64,000 bases of DNA from a virus, in the IMG/VR virus record IMGVR_UViG_3300031974_002457, positions 3,436 through 67,435 of that record. One strand, given 5' to 3'. Each line of letters begins with the position of its first letter. Positions within the stretch are counted from its first letter, which is position 1. This document shows positions 39,864-49,201 of this stretch, in pieces. Under the pieces are notes generated by a model. That model saw only the letters and a program-made list of their open reading frames with translations, did no database searches and was not told the DNA's origin. Made by a program: the position numbers and the translations under genes.

Positions 39864-42290
39864 TTATCTTGGTTCAAAGGCATTCATGCCGAACCCACCA
39901 CCCATTATATCATTACCTGAAGATTCAAAGTTTTTAGGTGGTTTATTACTTTTTCTTTGATCTATTAATTCAGATTGTTGACTCGCTTGGATTTTTGTTC
40001 TTTCGTCCTTACGATCTTCTTTATTATTTTCATTTTGTTTTGCAGTTTCAGCTTTCATTTGCTCTATCTGCATATTTAATTTAAACTCATGATTCATGAG
40101 CTCTTTCTTTAACATAGCCTCTTGCTGCATCTTTTCTATTTCTAGTTTAGATTTAGCTTGCTCTAATTGCATATTGCTTTGTGTTATAGCTTGGTTTTTT
40201 TGTACTTCAGCTTGCGCTGCAACCTGTTGAGCTTGAGCATTAGCTTGAGCTTGAGCCTGTATATTTTGCTGCTGAATCATTTGATCTTCTTCAGCTTTTC
40301 TTTTTCTTTTTAACTTTAAAAGTTGGTTTGCTAGTTTTACATTTTTAATCTCTCTAATATCAATAGCATCTTCAAGATTAATACCTTGCTGCTGCAATGC
40401 TTGTTGTATATTATTTTCTAGCATAGCTTTTTCTTCTTCATCTGGTGCTAACTCAATAAATATACCAAAATCATATAGATGCAAGTTGCCCATTTCTTCT
40501 AGTGTAGCAACGTTATGTCTACCTAGTTTCTGAACAAAAGCATCTCTTGTTGGTGAGTATTCTATAACATCAGATATTCTTAATGATAAACACTCTGCAA
40601 GTTCTGTTGTAATAAATAAACCAGCTTGCAATATATGTCTTGTAGCCGTGTTACTATTAGCAGCTGCAAGTTTTTGAACACCAACTAAAGTCTTAGCATC
40701 AGGCATACTACCGTCACGCGCCTCGTTTAATCCGGTGACATCTCTGATCATTTGTAAGTAGTAGTTATATGTTTGTATAAGAGAAGCTAATTTAGCACCT
40801 CCTGCGCCACTTTGTATTTCTTGTATTGGCACTTTACCTGGGTTCATATCACCGTCAGATGTAAAAGATCTACCAATAATACTACCAGTTTGGAAAAACA
40901 TATTTAATGCTTCTTGTGGGTTATAGTTAGTACCGTTACCTAAATCAACTTCAGCTAAACCATCAGCATCTAAATAAACACCATCAGGTACCATACGTGA
41001 CATTACCTGTTGTATTTTTAAATGTGTTAATTGTATCATGTCAGCAAAAGTAGTTATTCTACTTACTAATGATTCAATTTTACCTTTATACATACGCGGT
41101 GCACATAAGTTATAATTCATTTTAACTTTTGTGTAATCACTTTTAGGTCTCATCATGTTAGGAGCTAATTCCCATTTTAGTAGTTGATTACTACCTAAAA
41201 CCATAGCACCTTCAAATAATACTTCTATTTGTTTTGATAATTTACCAAATCTTTCTTCTAATAAATCTGTTGGAGGATTAAACTGATCATCTTTAACTAT
41301 AACTTTATGAGCACCTGTAGAAGTTTCTTTTGTTTTATAAACCTGGTTCATATACGTTTTATAATTAAAATAAAGTATTTGAATTTGGTTTTTATCAACA
41401 TTAGTTGATTCTGCTAAACTTCTATTATAAAAACCTGTAGTTTGATGACTAGCATTTTTTAATTGCTTCAAGTCCTCTTCTGTTAAACCAGGAAACTCTT
41501 TTACTATTTCGTTAATAGGTAAAGTTTTTATTTCACCAAAATAATATATATCTTCAAAATATGGATCTTCTGTATATGAGTAAACTATATTAGCAGGATC
41601 AACATACTCTACTGTAACTCCTTTTGATTTATTAAAACTATTTTTTACGCAACCAATACCTAATACAGTTAAATCGTAATTTACTTTTTTACGTATAAGT
41701 TCATATCTATTACCTTCTAATAATACATTTAACGCTTGTTCTTCAGCTATTTCAACTGCTTGCTTATAGTTAAGTTGCATGTGTAATTGTAACTCTTCTT
41801 CGTTTGAAGGTAACGTTTCAAGTTCACTAGACTGTAGATTTATACCAAAAGCTTGAGCAGCATACTCATTTAAATCTTGAGACTTCATATCTGCCAATAT
41901 TCTTTCCATGTATTTGGTTCTTTTATCTACACCGTATGGATCTTGTGAATATGCTTTTATATCAAATGTTCTTTCTGATATACCATTAACTACTATATCT
42001 ACAAATTTAGGTATAATAGGTACTGGTTTCCAGTCTAAATTAAGATATGATAAATCACCATTAATAGATAATTCATCTTTATATTTTTGAATAGCTTGTT
42101 CTCCCCTAGCATAAAGTCTAAGTTTGTGGAAGTTATTTTGATTACTAGCAAATCTATTTGTGCCAGAGTCTCTTTTAAACCACTCGCTCTCAATAGCTCT
42201 ACCTATTTTTAGCCCGTAATCTGGTGATAACTTCTCTACGTCACTAACTACTTGACTAGGAAAATTTGTGCTCATGTAAGACTCAGCCAT
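39864..42290 (-). CDS. portal protein
   Basis: 808 aa after TerL; PIIPKFVDIVVNG, IRDVTGLNEARDG, Gln-rich C-terminal coil. Confidence 0.85.
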   Translation of the reverse strand: MAESYMSTNFPSQVVSDVEKLSPDYGLKIGRAIESEWFKRDSGTNRFASNQNNFHKLRLYARGEQAIQKYKDELSINGDLSYLNLDWKPVPIIPKFVDIVVNGISERTFDIKAYSQDPYGVDKRTKYMERILADMKSQDLNEYAAQAFGINLQSSELETLPSNEEELQLHMQLNYKQAVEIAEEQALNVLLEGNRYELIRKKVNYDLTVLGIGCVKNSFNKSKGVTVEYVDPANIVYSYTEDPYFEDIYYFGEIKTLPINEIVKEFPGLTEEDLKQLKNASHQTTGFYNRSLAESTNVDKNQIQILYFNYKTYMNQVYKTKETSTGAHKVIVKDDQFNPPTDLLEERFGKLSKQIEVLFEGAMVLGSNQLLKWELAPNMMRPKSDYTKVKMNYNLCAPRMYKGKIESLVSRITTFADMIQLTHLKIQQVMSRMVPDGVYLDADGLAEVDLGNGTNYNPQEALNMFFQTGSIIGRSFTSDGDMNPGKVPIQEIQSGAGGAKLASLIQTYNYYLQMIRDVTGLNEARDGSMPDAKTLVGVQKLAAANSNTATRHILQAGLFITTELAECLSLRISDVIEYSPTRDAFVQKLGRHNVATLEEMGNLHLYDFGIFIELAPDEEEKAMLENNIQQALQQQGINLEDAIDIREIKNVKLANQLLKLKRKRKAEEDQMIQQQNIQAQAQANAQAQQVAAQAEVQKNQAITQSNMQLEQAKSKLEIEKMQQEAMLKKELMNHEFKLNMQIEQMKAETAKQNENNKEDRKDERTKIQASQQSELIDQRKSNKPPKNFESSGNDIMGGGFGMNAFEPR

Positions 42291-42291
42291 A

Positions 42292-44502
42292 TTATTGTTT
42301 TATTAATTTTGATTGCATGCCTTTGTTTTTATATTTAGCTATGCTTAAATTTATTTTTTGTTTTTCAACATTTGCTCTAGGTGAGTATAAATGCCTATTG
42401 CAAGCCATAATAGCTAAACCGCTACTAATCGTTGCATCAAATTTAGTTCTTCTTGTTATATCAAAGCCAGCCCAATCATTTAACGTGTTGTTAAAAACCA
42501 TGCTACCAACACTACCGTCTTCCTTCATACCAACATGATCATTGATATACATTTCAATTGCGGCAGCGTGTGCCTGTTTAATATCTTCACTAGAGTTTGG
42601 CATACCACCTACTTCTCTTTCAGCAACTGATAATTTATTCCAAACTTTATCAGGTCTATTCATTGAATAACCTCTATATCCTCTTCTTTTTAAATAATAT
42701 AATAATCTAGGTTTGTTGTTTTCTGCGAGTAAAGGCATGCCATAAAAAACCAGTGCCATTAAAACATCCTCAAAAAACATTTCAGCTGTTTGCGGTCTAG
42801 CTATATACTCTAAGAAAAACTCACTAGCAGGTGCGTCTTCCATACTAAATTTAGTTAAACCGTGTAAAGCACCTTTAGATCCTTTACCATCAACAGTACC
42901 TGATATATCATAACTATCACATCCAAAAGCACCCATATGCTCGTTACCTGGATATTTTATACCATTTTTTACTATTTGCTTGTTTTGTAAATGTCTTGGT
43001 GGCACCCAACCTATGTTAAATCTACCCTGTTGATTTGGTAAAAACATAACAGTTGTGTCTTTTATACCATTAGCCCATTGAAAATTACCTTTAGTATAAT
43101 TAACACCACCTTCATTAACATCTATTTGCTCGTATATTTTTACTAGATTAAATATACTATTTTTAGTTTCATCTCTGAAAGCATGTTCTTCAGTTCTTGG
43201 AAACTGTCTATAAAATTCGTTTAAAGCATCTTGATCATTTCTTAAACCATCTGCTTCGTTTTGCCAATGATCTATAACACCTATATCTATATAATCACCA
43301 TAGTGATCTAATATTTCTTCTTCAGGCGTTTCAAAAACAGGTCTACCATATTGATCCATAAAACCCTCATAATTCCACTCCATTGGAATAAACAAAGAAT
43401 AAAGACCAGAACTAGTTTGACCATTTCTGTTTCGTTTTGTAACATCAGAGTCGTAATATAGTTTTTTAAATTCGTTTCCACCTTTATCCAAAGCGTTTGA
43501 TGTTGACCCCATCATACACTTGCCTATAATTTTACTACCTAATCTTAATGTCGTCTTTGTGACCCTCCAGTTGTTGAGGATATTATTGGGTTTTTCCCAT
43601 TTCCCGGATTCGTCATGGACGAGGAGTTTGAGTTTTTCTCCATCGTACGAGTTGTCCCCGGTGTTTTTCCAATCGATTGTGGTATCAAGTCCCGTGAGCT
43701 CCTCGGGCCTTTCACTCGTACTCGTGATATTCCTTCTTGTGAGCTTTGATGCGGGTACCCTATATGCCAGCTCGGTCTTGGGTCTATCCATACCGTCCTG
43801 TATTGGTTTAAAAAAGAACGGGTAATTGACCGATATTGGTACCACTTTATCTGTGAACATTTTCTTAGCATCGGGCCCAGATTTGGACAATATGCCGAAT
43901 CGTGCATCGGAACTAATTGTAGCTGAATTAACCACTTCTCCACTGGCCATAAAGCTAAATCCCGATCTACGGTTTTTGAGATAGCACATTCCGTAACAAC
44001 GTCTGTCTGCTTTACAAGCTTCCCAGAATATGTAGAAGAGTCTGTTAGCTTCTCTGAAGTCTGGGTTACCAACATCAATTTTGGACCACTGCAAGTACAT
44101 ATAATGAGTGCCAGTAATATAAGTAGCAATACCCTTGTTATAAAACCAGAAACCATTTTCTCTTTTTCTAAACTCATCTTCTATATAGTCAATATATTTA
44201 CTTTTAAAATCTTGCGGATATTCACGCCAATCAAATATTGTTTTTATCCTATTAAGCTCTTTTGGATACGGTGTTACTTGCCATTTGTCATGCTCAAACT
44301 TCTTAACTACTTTTGGCGTTTTTGGCAAAGCTATTTTTAAATTCTGTATGCTATACACATCGCCAATCGTACCATCTTTGCTAATAACTACAACGTCATG
44401 TTCTTTGTTATAGCCATATTCCCAAGCCTTTCTTTTATTAAGCCTTTTAATTGTGTTTAATTTTATAGGCTTAATAATTTCGTATAAATTTTGCTTGTAC
44501 AT
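42292..44502 (-). CDS. terminase large subunit
   Basis: KNRRSGFS (Walker A variant), LLVHDESGK (Walker B), GST, nuclease GCDSYD. Confidence 0.9.
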   Translation of the reverse strand: MYKQNLYEIIKPIKLNTIKRLNKRKAWEYGYNKEHDVVVISKDGTIGDVYSIQNLKIALPKTPKVVKKFEHDKWQVTPYPKELNRIKTIFDWREYPQDFKSKYIDYIEDEFRKRENGFWFYNKGIATYITGTHYMYLQWSKIDVGNPDFREANRLFYIFWEACKADRRCYGMCYLKNRRSGFSFMASGEVVNSATISSDARFGILSKSGPDAKKMFTDKVVPISVNYPFFFKPIQDGMDRPKTELAYRVPASKLTRRNITSTSERPEELTGLDTTIDWKNTGDNSYDGEKLKLLVHDESGKWEKPNNILNNWRVTKTTLRLGSKIIGKCMMGSTSNALDKGGNEFKKLYYDSDVTKRNRNGQTSSGLYSLFIPMEWNYEGFMDQYGRPVFETPEEEILDHYGDYIDIGVIDHWQNEADGLRNDQDALNEFYRQFPRTEEHAFRDETKNSIFNLVKIYEQIDVNEGGVNYTKGNFQWANGIKDTTVMFLPNQQGRFNIGWVPPRHLQNKQIVKNGIKYPGNEHMGAFGCDSYDISGTVDGKGSKGALHGLTKFSMEDAPASEFFLEYIARPQTAEMFFEDVLMALVFYGMPLLAENNKPRLLYYLKRRGYRGYSMNRPDKVWNKLSVAEREVGGMPNSSEDIKQAHAAAIEMYINDHVGMKEDGSVGSMVFNNTLNDWAGFDITRRTKFDATISSGLAIMACNRHLYSPRANVEKQKINLSIAKYKNKGMQSKLIKQ
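43545..44156 (-). CDS. candidate overlapping lipoprotein-like gene nested in terL (+1 frame)
   Basis: More than 200 stop-free codons; MVSGFITRVLLLILLALIIC signal; terL uses CTC/GTC/TCC codons here. Confidence 0.4.
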   Translation of the reverse strand: MVSGFITRVLLLILLALIICTCSGPKLMLVTQTSEKLTDSSTYSGKLVKQTDVVTECAISKTVDRDLALWPVEKWLIQLQLVPMHDSAYCPNLGPMLRKCSQIKWYQYRSITRSFLNQYRTVWIDPRPSWHIGYPHQSSQEGISRVRVKGPRSSRDLIPQSIGKTPGTTRTMEKNSNSSSMTNPGNGKNPIISSTTGGSQRRH

Positions 44503-44777
44503 TATTTAGATCTTCTTTCAGCAAAACCAGAAAAAGACTCTTGCTTAACTTCTTCTTTTACATTACCGTCAAGCATGTCTTGCTCGTCTTGTATTTTATT
44601 TAATATTTCAAATGCATCAAATATAGCTAGCTTCTTTGTTGCTGCAGCATTTTTTAATCTATCAGCAGATACATCATCTTCTGTTTCTACAATTTTTTCT
44701 TTAGCAACTTTAATTAATTCATCAACAGCTTTATACCCAGCTTGGATTATATTCTTCTTCTTTTCCTTGATATTCAT
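44502..44777 (-). CDS. putative terminase small subunit
   Basis: Small helical protein coupled (TAATG) to terL; call rests on position only. Confidence 0.45.
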   Translation of the reverse strand: MNIKEKKKNIIQAGYKAVDELIKVAKEKIVETEDDVSADRLKNAAATKKLAIFDAFEILNKIQDEQDMLDGNVKEEVKQESFSGFAERRSK

Positions 44778-45327
44778 ATTTAATTGTCATTGCTTTAGTT
44801 AATACTCTATATAGCCTTTCACCATTTATTATAAATTCATATTCACTTCTAGGTGTAAAACCTACAAGATCACCAACTTTTAATTGCTTTAGTTCATCAC
44901 TATTATTAGAATATTTCAAAACACCAACGCAAGGAGTTTCTTTATCTAAACTGAATATATCATTTGAATAAATTGGCTTTACAAAACAATAATCATCTAT
45001 TGATTTCCAAACACCATTTTGTTTATAAAGATACATTTGATCTAATTGAACAAAATATTGATCTTCTTTAAAATAGCTCTTACTGTTTTGCTCTACACCT
45101 CTAACATCTTTCCATCTTCTAAAAACATTATGGTGCACTATTACTTCATCACCTGGTTTTACATCAGTTTTAATACCTAATGGCACAGATAAAACAATAG
45201 CGCTTCTATTAACGTTTTGATGTGTAAAGTTTTCTGTATTTGTAATAAGCGATTTATCACCTATTTTTTTAACATTGTTGTATCTAGAACCTATTGGTTT
45301 AACAACAAAGTAATATAAACCTCTCAT
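44731..45327 (-). CDS. tandem GroES-like domain protein
   Basis: Two repeats of VKP...G/A.V....VK.GD.V. Confidence 0.55.
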   Translation of the reverse strand: MRGLYYFVVKPIGSRYNNVKKIGDKSLITNTENFTHQNVNRSAIVLSVPLGIKTDVKPGDEVIVHHNVFRRWKDVRGVEQNSKSYFKEDQYFVQLDQMYLYKQNGVWKSIDDYCFVKPIYSNDIFSLDKETPCVGVLKYSNNSDELKQLKVGDLVGFTPRSEYEFIINGERLYRVLTKAMTIKYEYQGKEEEYNPSWV

Positions 45328-45548
45328 TAATATTCTAGGTTGTATTCTACAGCTATAGCCATATTTTTATTAAAATCTTTCCAAGGTAAAATCTCATCTT
45401 GTTTCTTAATAAAAATACGATACTTGTCTTTTTCTTCTATTATACAATCGATAGTATGCCCTCCGTAGACCTCTTGGCCTACAGAGTAGTGCATAGCTTC
45501 GTTTTTATAATCTTTACCAATACTAATTTTTCTTATTAAGTGATCCAT
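45327..45548 (-). CDS. conserved hypothetical protein
   Basis: IRKISIGKDYKNEAMHYSVGQEVYGGH. Confidence 0.6.
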   Translation of the reverse strand: MDHLIRKISIGKDYKNEAMHYSVGQEVYGGHTIDCIIEEKDKYRIFIKKQDEILPWKDFNKNMAIAVEYNLEY

Positions 45549-45786
45549 CTTTGTTCTCCTTAATTATACCGGTTTCTAAGTTTACAGTAGCGTCACCGTA
45601 TTTCTTTTGTAATTCTTGTTGAATTACATTTAACTCAGCTTGATTAGCATTTAATAATTGTATGGCTGAGGCTTTTTGAACCTCCAAACCACCTATATTC
45701 ATTTGTAGAGAATTAATAGCTTTTACCTTATTCTGTATATTCTCTAGCTCTTTTTTTGAAATTTTTAAATCTTTACTTTTACTCAT
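45523..45786 (-). CDS. small coiled-coil protein
   Basis: Heptads; LQKKYGDATVNLETG. Confidence 0.55.
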   Translation of the reverse strand: MSKSKDLKISKKELENIQNKVKAINSLQMNIGGLEVQKASAIQLLNANQAELNVIQQELQKKYGDATVNLETGIIKENKDGSLNKKN

Positions 45787-45837
45787 TTTATTCTATTTAA
45801 TTACTTATTTTATATTATTACGCAATTGTCACTGTTT

Positions 45838-46743
45838 TTACTTCTTTTTAGGATTATCGGCAATAAACCAGTCTTTATACAAATGTCTCTTTCTAGATAT
45901 GTAATCCATATACCTATCAACTTTATGTCTCCAATCTTCATCTAACCAAGGATTTATAATACCTGATTTATAATTTGAAAAAGACTTGTTAATAAATTCT
46001 CTCTTATCACCAACGTGAGCAAATAAATAGTTATTTATAGTATAAAAACTACCCATTTGTATATTGTTCCAAACGTCAATAGGTTCTATTTTTTTACCTA
46101 AAACACAAGCATAAACAGCGCTTTCACTTATATGCGTGGTGTAAATTGTTTTAGCTTTTTGCATGTAATAATACATGTCAATATCTCTAGGTAATATACA
46201 CTGCTCACCAAAGAAATCTTTTAGTTCACCAATAATCTGATGTGTTGTTATTGGATGAGGTTTAAAATAAATATTATCACCATGTTTTCTTTTAATATGT
46301 CTTAACCTGTTTAAACAAACATTTGTTTTTACCTTGTTTGATCCAGGTAAAACTACTAAGTAATCTTTAGGTGGATATTTATCAAAATCTTGTTTTCTAT
46401 CCATGTACTTGTTAGCAATATTTTTCTGTATATTTTCAACTAAATAACTAGAATAATCTAGCGTTTTACATTTAGTGCACCCATCATTCCAGGCATCTGC
46501 TAACTGTTCGTTTCTTAACTTAAAGTTTAAAGGTTGCATATAAAAACTTGTTGCAAACTCTGTATAACCTATAGTTTTAAAATATGGCATTTCTTCAGCT
46601 AACACATCATAGCTTGATTCTAAACCATATTCACTACACTTTCTAATAACATAACCTTCTATGTTTTCTAGCTCGTATAGCTTTTTTTCTTTTTTTAAAG
46701 GACCTATTCTATTATCTAGCTCCTTTTTATTAAACATTTCCAT
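45838..46743 (-). CDS. KpsC/KpsS (GT107, Capsule_synth)-like glycosyltransferase
   Basis: YFKPHP and IYTTHISESAVYACVLGKKI resemble the K.HP and V.T..S....A...GK.V motifs. Confidence 0.55.
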   Translation of the reverse strand: MEMFNKKELDNRIGPLKKEKKLYELENIEGYVIRKCSEYGLESSYDVLAEEMPYFKTIGYTEFATSFYMQPLNFKLRNEQLADAWNDGCTKCKTLDYSSYLVENIQKNIANKYMDRKQDFDKYPPKDYLVVLPGSNKVKTNVCLNRLRHIKRKHGDNIYFKPHPITTHQIIGELKDFFGEQCILPRDIDMYYYMQKAKTIYTTHISESAVYACVLGKKIEPIDVWNNIQMGSFYTINNYLFAHVGDKREFINKSFSNYKSGIINPWLDEDWRHKVDRYMDYISRKRHLYKDWFIADNPKKK

Positions 46744-46799
46744 ATAATTAAATTTAATTGTTAGTATTATAATAGTTACATATAATTACACTTTTCTAC

Positions 46800-48641
46800 C
46801 TATAAACCAGTCCTACTAATATATACCGTATTACCTGGATGTCTAGCTAGTGATTTAGTAGGATTTACAAACCAGTTTGTTATAAACGTAGTAGTAGTAC
46901 TAGTGTTATAAACAGTTGTTGTGTTAGTGCTTGTATTATATGTGGTTGTTGTTGTTTTGCTAGTATTAAAAGTCGTAGTAGTTGTCGTACTAGTATTAAA
47001 TACTGTTATTGTTGTTTTACTCGTTATTGTACTAGTGTTAAAAAATGTCGTATAAACAGTTGTTGTATCTGTTTGTGTATTATATACAGTTGTAGTACTA
47101 GTATTAAACGTTGTAACATATGTTGTTGTAGTAGCAGTACTCGTGTTAAATACTGTTGTTGTACCTTTACTTGTTATTGTACTAGTGTTATACTCTGTGG
47201 TCACCGTGGTAAACCAATTTGTTATTGTTATTGTCTGTGTTGTTCTACTAGTGTTCCAAAACGTAGTATACGTAGTTGTCGTATCTTTTTGTGTCTCATA
47301 AGCAGTAGTTGTAGACTTACTTGTATTGTAAGTCGTTGTAGTATCTCTACTTGTAGACACAACAGTTGTTCTGTTAGTTATAAATATAGTAGTTCTACTA
47401 GTGTTCCAAGTTGTTGTTGTGTTCCTACTTGTTGATACAGTTGTTGTTCTGCTTGTTGATGTTGATCTACTAGTATTAAAAGTAGTTAAAGTATTATAAA
47501 CCGTAAATGTACCAAATGTTGTAGTGGTAGTCGTACTAGTATTAAACGTGGTAGTTGTTGACTTACTTGTGCTAACAGTTGTAGTTCTACTGGTATTATA
47601 TATAGTTACTGTAGATGTATTAAATGTAGTAGTTGTTGACTTAGACGTATTAAACGTAGTGGTCGTTGATCTACTTGTTGATACTGTAGTAGTTCTACTA
47701 GTCGACGTGCTTCTACTAGTTTCAAATGTTGTTAGCGTGTTGTAAAAAGTGAACGTACCAAAAACAGTAGTAGTTGTTTTACTAGTGTTAAATATTGTTG
47801 TAGTACTCTTTGTTGTTAGCTTAGACGTTGTTCTACTGGTAGATGTGTTTCTAGTTGTAAGGAATGTTGTCGTTCTACTTGTAGCTGTTAACCTTGTAGT
47901 GTTGTAAGTAGTTGTCGTGCTTCTTGTTGTTGCCCACGTAGTTGTCGTGCTTCTAGTTGTAGAAACAGTTGTAACTCTACTTGTACTAGTTGATCTAGAC
48001 GTACTAAATGTTGTTAAAGTACTATATTGCGTAAAAGTATTAAATACGGTTGTGGTTGTTTTAGTCGTTGCCCACGTTGTAGTTGTGCTTTTGGTGGTTA
48101 ACTTAGATGTAGTTCTACTTGTAGCAGTTGCTCTACTGGTATTATATGTTGTTGTTGTACTTTTACTAGTAGATATAACAGTTTTTCGAGTTGTAGCTGT
48201 GGACCTAGTAGTATTAAACGTAGTTGTCGTGTTAAATGTAGTAGTCCAATATGTAGTATATATTGTTAATGTACTTCTACTAGTGCTAAAAGTAGTTAAA
48301 GTACTATACTGAGTAAAAGTATTAAACGTAGTTGTTGTAGTCTTACTAGTATTAAAAGTAGTTGTAGTAGATCTTGATGTCGTGGTAGATCTAGTTGTTG
48401 ATGTACTTCTACTTTCAGTTGTATTTCTACTTTCAGTTGTATTTCTTGATGTAGCCCATGTTGTCGTAGTAGATCTAGTAGTAGATCTAGTTGTAGTTCT
48501 ACTTGTATTAAACACGGTTATTGTATTATATACAGTAGTTGTACTCGTATTAAACGTAGTCGTTGTGTTTTTTGTCGTACCTCTTTTAGTTATGGTCGAC
48601 GTATTATATATTGTTGTTGTGGATCTACTAGTTAACGGCAT
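46800..48641 (-). CDS. Thr-rich repeat protein (613 aa)
   Basis: Almost entirely TTTT[FYW]NTS[RK][ST]-type repeats with diversified codons. Confidence 0.7.
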   Translation of the reverse strand: MPLTSRSTTTIYNTSTITKRGTTKNTTTTFNTSTTTVYNTITVFNTSRTTTRSTTRSTTTTWATSRNTTESRNTTESRSTSTTRSTTTSRSTTTTFNTSKTTTTTFNTFTQYSTLTTFSTSRSTLTIYTTYWTTTFNTTTTFNTTRSTATTRKTVISTSKSTTTTYNTSRATATSRTTSKLTTKSTTTTWATTKTTTTVFNTFTQYSTLTTFSTSRSTSTSRVTTVSTTRSTTTTWATTRSTTTTYNTTRLTATSRTTTFLTTRNTSTSRTTSKLTTKSTTTIFNTSKTTTTVFGTFTFYNTLTTFETSRSTSTSRTTTVSTSRSTTTTFNTSKSTTTTFNTSTVTIYNTSRTTTVSTSKSTTTTFNTSTTTTTTFGTFTVYNTLTTFNTSRSTSTSRTTTVSTSRNTTTTWNTSRTTIFITNRTTVVSTSRDTTTTYNTSKSTTTAYETQKDTTTTYTTFWNTSRTTQTITITNWFTTVTTEYNTSTITSKGTTTVFNTSTATTTTYVTTFNTSTTTVYNTQTDTTTVYTTFFNTSTITSKTTITVFNTSTTTTTTFNTSKTTTTTYNTSTNTTTVYNTSTTTTFITNWFVNPTKSLARHPGNTVYISRTGL

Positions 48642-48643
48642 GA

Positions 48644-49201
48644 CTACGGTATTTTAATATATGAATTAGGCATTATAGGATAATATATCCTACCATTATT
48701 ATTAATATGTGGCTCATAATGCTCATTTAAACTATCTCTTTGTTCTACAGTAATTTGATTATCCCACCATAAGTCAGCAATAATCAAGTCATACATTTTA
48801 TCAGGCGTATACGTATATGCGTCTGCGTTTATAACGTTAATTGAATTATCAATAAAATCAACGTAATCAATAAGCTCTTGGTTATTATCTATAACATCGA
48901 TAACTTGTACAAAGCTTTTATTTTCTTTTATATATTGTGGTAATAAACCTAAACCTAACCCTAACACTAACACATTAGGATAGTCTGGTATACCTTCAAA
49001 TATTCTTTTATGTTGAATACTACCTAAATAGTAAAAATTATCTGGATCAACTTGAGGACCATCACCCATAAATATTTCACCATAGGCACTTATGTTGTCT
49101 ATAATATCTCCACTAGAAAACGTAAGTCTAGATACACCGTTTACTTTCGTAACTGAAAAACTTGTTCCCGAATATTCTGTTATTAAATTCTCTTGTATCA
49201 T
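48644..49201 (-). CDS. SAM-dependent methyltransferase, spermidine-synthase-like fold
   Basis: VLVLGLGLG, IDVID, INADAY, YDLIIADLW. Confidence 0.7.
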   Translation of the reverse strand: MIQENLITEYSGTSFSVTKVNGVSRLTFSSGDIIDNISAYGEIFMGDGPQVDPDNFYYLGSIQHKRIFEGIPDYPNVLVLGLGLGLLPQYIKENKSFVQVIDVIDNNQELIDYVDFIDNSINVINADAYTYTPDKMYDLIIADLWWDNQITVEQRDSLNEHYEPHINNNGRIYYPIMPNSYIKIP

